DNA of 64,000 nucleotides from Lama glama (taxonomy: Eukaryota): positions 8,124,001-8,188,000 of the forward strand of contig CM052816.1 of NCBI GenBank assembly GCA_028534125.1, read 5' to 3'. A program made the translations under genes and the position numbers. Shown here piece by piece: positions 57,081 through 64,000 of this stretch. Within the stretch, counting starts at the first letter, position 1. The number at the start of each line of letters is the position of its first letter. A model generated the notes under the pieces. It saw nothing but the letters and a program-made list of their open reading frames with translations. It searched no databases and had not been told where the DNA came from.

Positions 57081-60000
57081 ATGAGTTATACAGAAAAGTA
57101 GAAAAAAATTCACCTCTGGTCTCATCTTCCCAAATAGCTACGGATGAACAGTTTGGTATGTTGTAGATCTGCTTTCTCTGTTGAAATTAACTTCACCATT
57201 GAATGGAAAGCGGCGACATAGAAAGGCTCTTGGGCCACCTTGCACATGGCTTTAACTTTGTTGGGCTTTCATTTCCTGGGAGGTCAGATGGGGATAATTG
57301 AAGAAGACTTTTTTTGCAGGGTTGACTTGGGAAGCACATGAGACCAGCTACTGGGGGGAGCCTGTGGGCAGGCAGGTATCCACTCAAGGCTGTGCTGTGT
57401 ATTCCTCCTCCGCTTTGCTCCCTCCCACACCCCACCATGGAGCAGTCCCTTGGCCCTGAGTGTGCAGTGGTCCCTGCCCTTCCTGGCCTGGACCAGTGCC
57501 CCCTTCCCTGAGAGGCCTTCCCCAGGATCTACGTGGAGAGACCTCCCCTGAACCTCTTCGGCACTTTGGCCGACGTCTTACCACTGTTTCTACTTTGGAC
57601 TGTGATATCTTGTGTCCAGATGCTTCTTCCTCCTCAACTGTACACTCAGATCTGGGATTTCATAGACCACACACATTTCAAAGCTTTTTTTTAAATCAAA
57701 AACTGGGAGACTGAGATTGGATTGCCAACTACTTTCTTTTGCTAAATACGTTTTTTTAAAGACTATTGTTCAATATAGTGATGATTACCTTAAAGAAAGA
57801 AATTTGGATATCAAATAAAGCAGGAAGGGTATAACTCCTGAACAAAAGACCATTTTTTAAGCTGAGCGAATGAAGCTTTAGGAAAAACTGCAATGTTCGC
57901 ACTTTCACTTTGCTACAGAGCTATGAAGTCTTCCATTTGGACCAGATTTGGAGCTGTTCCTCATCAGACTCTGCCTAGTTCTGCCTTAAGGAGCCCCTTG
58001 GCACTGCTCTCTGGCCCAGCAGGCTATTCCCCCAGACCCTGAAAGCTGTGATAGCCAAGAGGTTATTTTTTTCACCTTGAAAGTGCAGCAGGGTCTGTGG
58101 ATTCCAAAAACTGTTATTAATCCTTTAAAAAATTCCATGTTCCAACCAAAATGTGGACATGCTTGTAAATGTTTGTAGTGCCTCCCCCTCTCTCTCAGCT
58201 TTCAAGAAGTGACGACTTCAAAGGCCATTTCCTTGCCGAAGTAAATACTTGGGGTTGGAGGTAGGGGAGAGAAACACGGGCTTGTTGAATGGAAAAGAAA
58301 ATTGTATTTTCTTTCCAAGAGGCATCCAGTCCCATCACTGAGAAAATGGCTTCTGGTCTGGAGGACAAAAGTTCAGGAGGTTGAGGACAAGGGCTGGGGG
58401 GTGTATGTGGGCTGTGATGACCGTTCCCTTTGCCCTTGTGTGTTCCAACATGGGGCGGGGTGAGCCTGGGTCTCTGTACAAGAGCTATGTTGGTGCCTTC
58501 GAAATGCTTTATCAGTTGAGCTTAAGAGCTTGACTTTGCAGCCCACTGGCTTCAATTACAGCACAGTCACTTAGCAGCTGTGTGGATATAACTTTTCCTT
58601 GCCTCAGTCTCCTCATCGGTAAAGTGGGGGCAATTGTTTTTGTGAAGCTCAAGCCAGTTGATGCATGCGTAATGGCCTAGAGCAGGACCTGGCACACAGT
58701 AAGCACTACATAAGTGGTAATTTGTTGTAATAATTATTATTTATGAAGTTGTCTAGAGGGCAGGATGGCTACCTAATTCTTTTCCCCAAGGTTTTGCCCA
58801 AACTTGAAAAGATCTATAATTCTGATCGTTTCCCAACCCTATCCCACTCCCTCATCAGGGGAAACTGCTGAATTCCCTGGAGCAGGAGCAGACTGTTGGC
58901 TCACTCGGTGGCCCAGGCAAGCACCGCCATAGGGGTGTGGAGCTGGTGGGCTCTGCATGCTCTGCTTTTCCAAAGTGGGTGGAGGGGGAGATGGCGCAGA
59001 GGGCTTTGGCGCTGGCGCCCTGGCTTAGAGCCCCTGCTCGAACACCTACTAAGGCAAGGCAAGTGTTGTAGGCCTTCATCTGTAAAATGGGACTAACAAG
59101 AGAGTCCTTGTGTGGATGCAATGAGATGAGGCTTGTAAAGGGCGTGGTTCAGGGGAGCCCTGCTCCTTCTCTTCCTCCTCCTCATTCCTCTCTGTCTACT
59201 TCTTCTTCATCTTCGTCATCGTCTTCTCCCTCCTCAGTAGAGTCTGCCTGCAAAGGGCCTCCCTGCCCATCTTCCAACATCACCCGGGGCTGACCAGGGC
59301 CTGACTCTAGGAGGAAACACAGGGTTGCACCCAAGACTCAGGGGAAGGGAAAAGATGGGTAGGGAGAAAAAGTAGAAGGAATCAGAGCGGCGATGCGCTG
59401 GAAGTGAGGCTGGAGAGACAGGAGCCCAGTCTGGAAGCTGCAGCACAGTAGAGATTGGGGGTGAGGGGTGTCCAGAGCCCTATCCCAGTGTGTGTGCCAC
59501 AGTGGGAGGGAGGGCGGGCATGCTCCATGGTGGGGGGTTAGGCAGCCGCCAGTCCACCAGAAGACAAGGACAGCTCAGAGAGAAAGGACCTGCCACCTCA
59601 TGTGCAGAGTAGACAGAGGGCCTTGCTTGGCTGAGGGTGGGAAGGTCTAACCAGGCAGCTAGGGAGAAAGGGTTCCCAGGGAAACAGGTAGAGGAGGCTC
59701 AGGCCAGGATGGCTCAGCACTGCCCCTGGACTGACTGCCACGGTCCCCACCAGGCACCTGGTCACCCAACCTCCCTCCCCTTCCTGTGAGTGACCACTCA
59801 GGTCCCCTGTCGCTTACTCTGAGAAGCTTTCCTCTAACTCCTCCCTGCCTCCCAGCCTGCTCTCAGTCCTATTTGTCACATGGTGCCCTGTTCTCCGTGA
59901 TTGCACTGACCACAAGCCTGGTTTATTATTTGGCTCTTCCTCAGAGGCTGTAAGATCTGAGAGGAGACAGCCTGGAGCTCCAAGTTTACTTCCATATCCC

Positions 60001-60158
60001 CTAGGCTCAGCTCCATGCCTGGGTTAGGGCCAGTGGGCAGTAAATATTGGTTGATTGATAAATACAAGCTAAAAAGACATTGCTTAGCAACCGCGATGGT
60101 GAGAAAGAAAAGGCTTCGTAGGTGATCTTGGCTAAATTCATGGATGTAGGGAACACTC

Positions 60159-60230
60159 CCTTCCTTCCTTCCTTCCTTCCTTCCTTCCTTCCTTCCTTCC
60201 TTCCTTCCTCTCTCCCTCCTTTGCTTCCTT
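60159..60230 (+). repeat. (TTCC)n microsatellite
   Basis: About 12 perfect CCTT units, then degenerate units; abuts an antisense L2 3' end. Confidence 0.95.
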
Positions 60231-61758
60231 CCACAATATATCAAGCACCTACTATGTGCCTGATCCTATGTTAAGCACTGAGATGCTGTGTTGAATAGGA
60301 TGGAGAAGGTCCCCATCATTACAGGGCTTATGTGCTAGTTGGGGAGCCTGGGATGCAATAAGCTACAAATAAGTGTACAGTGTGATGTCAGGCAATGAGA
60401 AATGTTTTAAGGAAAAACAGTATCAGGACTGTGCATACCCATGTGGTTTCAGGTAGGGTGGGACGGGAAGGCTTTGCTGAATTTCAAAGACCTGAATGAA
60501 GTGAAGCAGTGTACCGTGCACATGGAGGAACGGTGCTCCTGGCGGAGGGCACAGCAGGGGTTAAGGGCGGGTGGTGAGGGTAAACTTGACATGTTTCAAA
60601 GGGTGGCTGGTTGTTCAACTGGAGGACAGGGACTGGCCTTTCATCCCAGCCAGCCTCTTCTGTGATAAAGGAGGAAAGATCCCAAAGAGGGGAAGGAATT
60701 GCCCAAGCATGTCAGTGGCAGAGCAGGAAGCAGAGCCAGGAGCCCTGGCCTTTGAGCTCCTGCCACTGTGCCCTCAGCTCCTCCTGGTCGGGGCCAGAAG
60801 TGCCCTAAAGGATCACCCCAGGCTAGAATCACACAACAGGAAAGCTGGTGGAACTCCCAGAGATTGCCCAGCCTCATGGTCTCATTGTGCAGACAAGAAG
60901 ATGGAGGATCAGAGAAAGGACACCGTTCCCCAAGCCACACAGCAAGCCTAGCCAGTGTGATTTATAAACCAACCAGATCCGTCCTCTTTGAAGCCTGGCA
61001 AGGCACTGAGTAGGGGGCTGAATCAAAGGCTGCTGGATGAAGGCATGAATGAAGGCCCAGAGCTAAGGGGAGATGCAATGGCTCCAACGCACTGTCTGTC
61101 CATATGTTGTACGTGCTATTTCCCTGTGGTGATGATCGAATCAATATTAATGAATATTTATTCAAATGTACCATGTGTCAGGCACTGTGCTGACTTAACT
61201 GCACTGCCTCTAAATTTAATCCTCCCAACAAGCATATGGGGTGGCAGCCAATCTTCCTACTTTACAGAGAAGGAAATGAAGACTTGGAGAGCCAAGGAAC
61301 CGAACTAAGGAAGCCAGGAGAAAGGATGAGTTCACAAGGGAAGGGATGGAGAGGGTGGTGGGCTGAGCGTTCAGCCTCGGGCATGTTTAATCAGCAGGAT
61401 CAGTAGGGAAACTGCCATTGCAGTAACTTCCCAGCTCAAGTGAGAGGATGAGAGAGAGGTCAAGGGCTCAGAGCAAGTCTTTGGATCTGTGCTCAGGGTT
61501 TCAGGTGGCAAAGCCCCACCTTGTTTGGGTCTCACAAGAACCTGGTTGGGGGTGGCAGTGGGGGATGCTTTTCCTCTTCTTACCATGAAGAAGAATGAGG
61601 CCAGAAAGGGGAGCACCCAGGGTCACCCTGAGATCTGAAGGCCGTGTCCAGGTGTCCTGGTGACCAGGCCAGAGCTCCCCACTCACCTCCTCTGTCCCAA
61701 TTTCTATGGCCTCCATGGGGAAGCCAGAGGTCAAGGGGCCATGTCTCCCGACTCCTGG

Positions 61759-62204
61759 TGTTTTGGGTTAAATTTTGTCCCTCCAAAAGATATGTTGATG
61801 TCCTAACCCCAGTACCCGATTGTGACCTGATTTGGAAATAGAGTCTTGCAGATGAAATCAAGTTAAAATGAGGTCCTGGACTGGGAGGGAGGGCCAATCC
61901 AATAGGACTGGTGACCTTATAAAAAGAGAAGAGACAAACAGGAAGAGAATGCCATGTGACATGACAGGGCCAGAGACTGGAGAGATGTTTCTGCAAGTGA
62001 AGGACGACTCAGGATTGATGGCCACCACCAGAAGTTGGGAGAGGCGAGCAAGGATTCTACCCAGAATCTCAAAGGGAACATGGTTCTACTGACACCTTGA
62101 TTTTGGACACGTAGCCTCCAGAACTGTGAGAGGACAAATTTCTGTTGTTTTAAGCTACCTCAGCTTGTGGCACTTTATTTCGGCACCTCTGGCAAACTAA
62201 TAGA
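61759..62204 (+). mobile_element. ERVL-MaLR solo LTR (MLT1-type)
   Basis: TG...GTCCCTCCAAAAGATATGTTGA.GTCCTAACCCC start; GACACCTTGATTTTGGAC..GCCTCCAGAACTGTGAGA...AAACTAATA end. Confidence 0.85.
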
Positions 62205-62829
62205 TTTGGTATCCAATCTTTCCACCTAGTATCCCAAGGGATTCTAAGGAGTAAAGGGCGAGGGTCCCAGGCCTCCCACGCCCCAGCCAGAAGCAAGGCC
62301 AAGACAGGATTCCAATGAGCAGGGATCGCAGTTTAGTTTAATGCTTACAAATGTCTTACTAAGCAGCAGACAGGGTTCCATGGGCTTTACCCATATTAAC
62401 ACACTGACTCCTCACAACAGCTCTGTGAGTAGCAGAGTCGTACTGCCATCTCCACGTTATAGATGAGGACACTGTTTCCCAGGGAGGTGAAGTGACATGT
62501 CTAGGATCACACAGCTAGCAACAGGCAGCGCCTGCATCCAGACACAGGCGCTCTGCCTCTTGACCACCACGCTGGGCTGGTGCAGAGATGGGGGTGTGTC
62601 TCATTCCTGCTAGAACCAAATGCACAAGCAAAGCTCCGGGAAAGGGAGTGTCAAGGGCACTTAGGGGAAATAGTTTGTTCTCCAAGGTAGTGAACTCAGG
62701 GAAGCGGATCCGATAAAGGTAAGAGCATTCGGTGAGAAAGACAAAGACTTGGCCTCAGTGTGACACAGCGTTTAAGACCGTGGGCTCTGCAGAGAGGGCT
62801 TCAACTTCAGTGCGATTCTGGATGACATG

Positions 62830-63216
62830 CTGCATTAGTCAGAATAGTCAGGTTGTGCTGTGTCAAATAAACAACCTGAAAGCTTTAATGGCTTATGACT
62901 TCAGGGCTGATTTCTTGCCCATGTTATATATTCACTGTGGCTCCATGAGGGGTTCATCCTCCATGGCACTGGCCTCACTCTGGGAGCCAGACTATGAGGC
63001 ATCCACTTTCTAGAAAAGAGAATGTTGGAGGTCCTCAAACAAGCAATTAAATGCTCCAGCCTAAAATAATGTACAATTCGGGACCAGAGCTGGTCACGTG
63101 ACCCCACCCAACCACGAAAGGCCCAGGAGGTGCCATCCTTCCTTGTGCCTGGGGTTGGGGGGCGGGGTGCAGAGAACCAGAGATGTTTGGTGAACGGCAC
63201 TAATGAGGACCACACA
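62830..63216 (-). mobile_element. Old MaLR LTR (MLT1-like), antisense
   Basis: ATTAGTCAG...GTTGTGCTGTG..AAACAACC start; GCAATTAAATGCT, CAGAGCTGGTCAC motifs. Confidence 0.5.
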
Positions 63217-63289
63217 GTCGCGCTACATTTTTAACGACTGGGAAGCGCATGGTGAAAACCTGATTTCCTTTCCACTCTCATTTTCGTTT

Positions 63290-63550
63290 CGGATTCCTTC
63301 AAGGAGAAAGCCTCCATTCGGCACTCGTGTGTCATAGACAGTTTTTCGAGGTGTGTTAATCTCTCTTTTTCACCAGTTGAGAGCCCCTCTCAAGTTCAGG
63401 CCTTTGAACAGCAACAGTATTTAGTTAGAATTTACTAACGTTAATTGGTTTTCATTGCATTTATTTTTACCTTTGCCCAGTATGGGTTTTTCATTAATAG
63501 TTGTAATGAGAAGTTTCCTTTGAGAGCAAAATTAATTTAAGTAAATAAAA
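63290..63550. mobile_element. hAT-Charlie-like fragment (same family as 52.7-53.1 kb)
   Basis: GCAACAGTATTTAGTTAGAATTTACTAAC vs GCAACAGTATCTAGTTAGAATTTAATAAC at 52866. Confidence 0.55.
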
Positions 63551-64000
63551 CAAGACCAGAAAAAAAAAAAAAAGAAAAAGCCAGAGTGAGCTTTAGACTC
63601 AGAAGGCCTAGGTTCAGATCCAGATTCTTCCATTTAATAGTTCCTGGACATCGGGCATGTAATTGAATCTCTCTAAGCCTCAGTTTCCCCATCTGTAAAA
63701 TGGCAGTAACATGAGCAACCACATTACAGGATTCTTGTGAAAAGTTGGTCAATCTCTTACCGCAATGCTGACCCAGAATAAGTCTGCAACATCAGCAATT
63801 ATTATGAGCTAGCTGGTGGCCTCAGTTTCCCTGTCTCTGAAGTGGGTTCAGGTTACTACAGCAGGCTGTCATATTTGCTTAGGAGAGTCACTGTAGATGC
63901 AGGTCCTTGAATGCCAGTGTGAATGAACTCTGTAGGCAGGGAGAGGACCCCAGTGAGCCTGGCAGTCCCCCGACCATCCCCGGTCCTGGTCCCTCCCTGC

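Noticed and set aside
59160..59240. Purine-rich tract reading EEGEDDDEDEEE on the minus strand
   Set aside because: Low-complexity sequence with an in-frame TGA and no convincing splice context.
31400..64000. Many 60-170 aa ORFs; a possible second gene such as ARSI
   Set aside because: No recognisable domain, sulfatase motif or consistent exon chain; many overlap L1, L2, MIR or LTR relics.

Overview
Mammalian genomic DNA, most likely camelid: four tRNA-Ala-derived SINEs resemble the camelid Vic-1 family. Bases 1-31.1 kb hold most of TCOF1 (treacle) on the minus strand. I mapped 23 coding exons from the ATG at 31113 to an exon ending at 1577; they splice into an open 3724-nt frame (1241 codons + 1 nt), and the last exons lie left of the window. 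A CpG-island promoter sits at about 30.7-31.4 kb. The remaining 33 kb is intergenic (TCOF1-ARSI side by recalled human synteny) and carries L2, MIR, L1, MaLR LTR and hAT relics plus some motif-dense candidate enhancers. There is a 500-N gap at 8019-8518. I found no clearly new biological system. The most interesting signals are evolutionary and splicing-related: three decayed treacle-repeat exon copies in introns (one a candidate poison exon), a GC-AG donor with in-frame alternatives, stop-free introns, and one fewer repeat exon than human. Human comparisons are from memory, not from an alignment.
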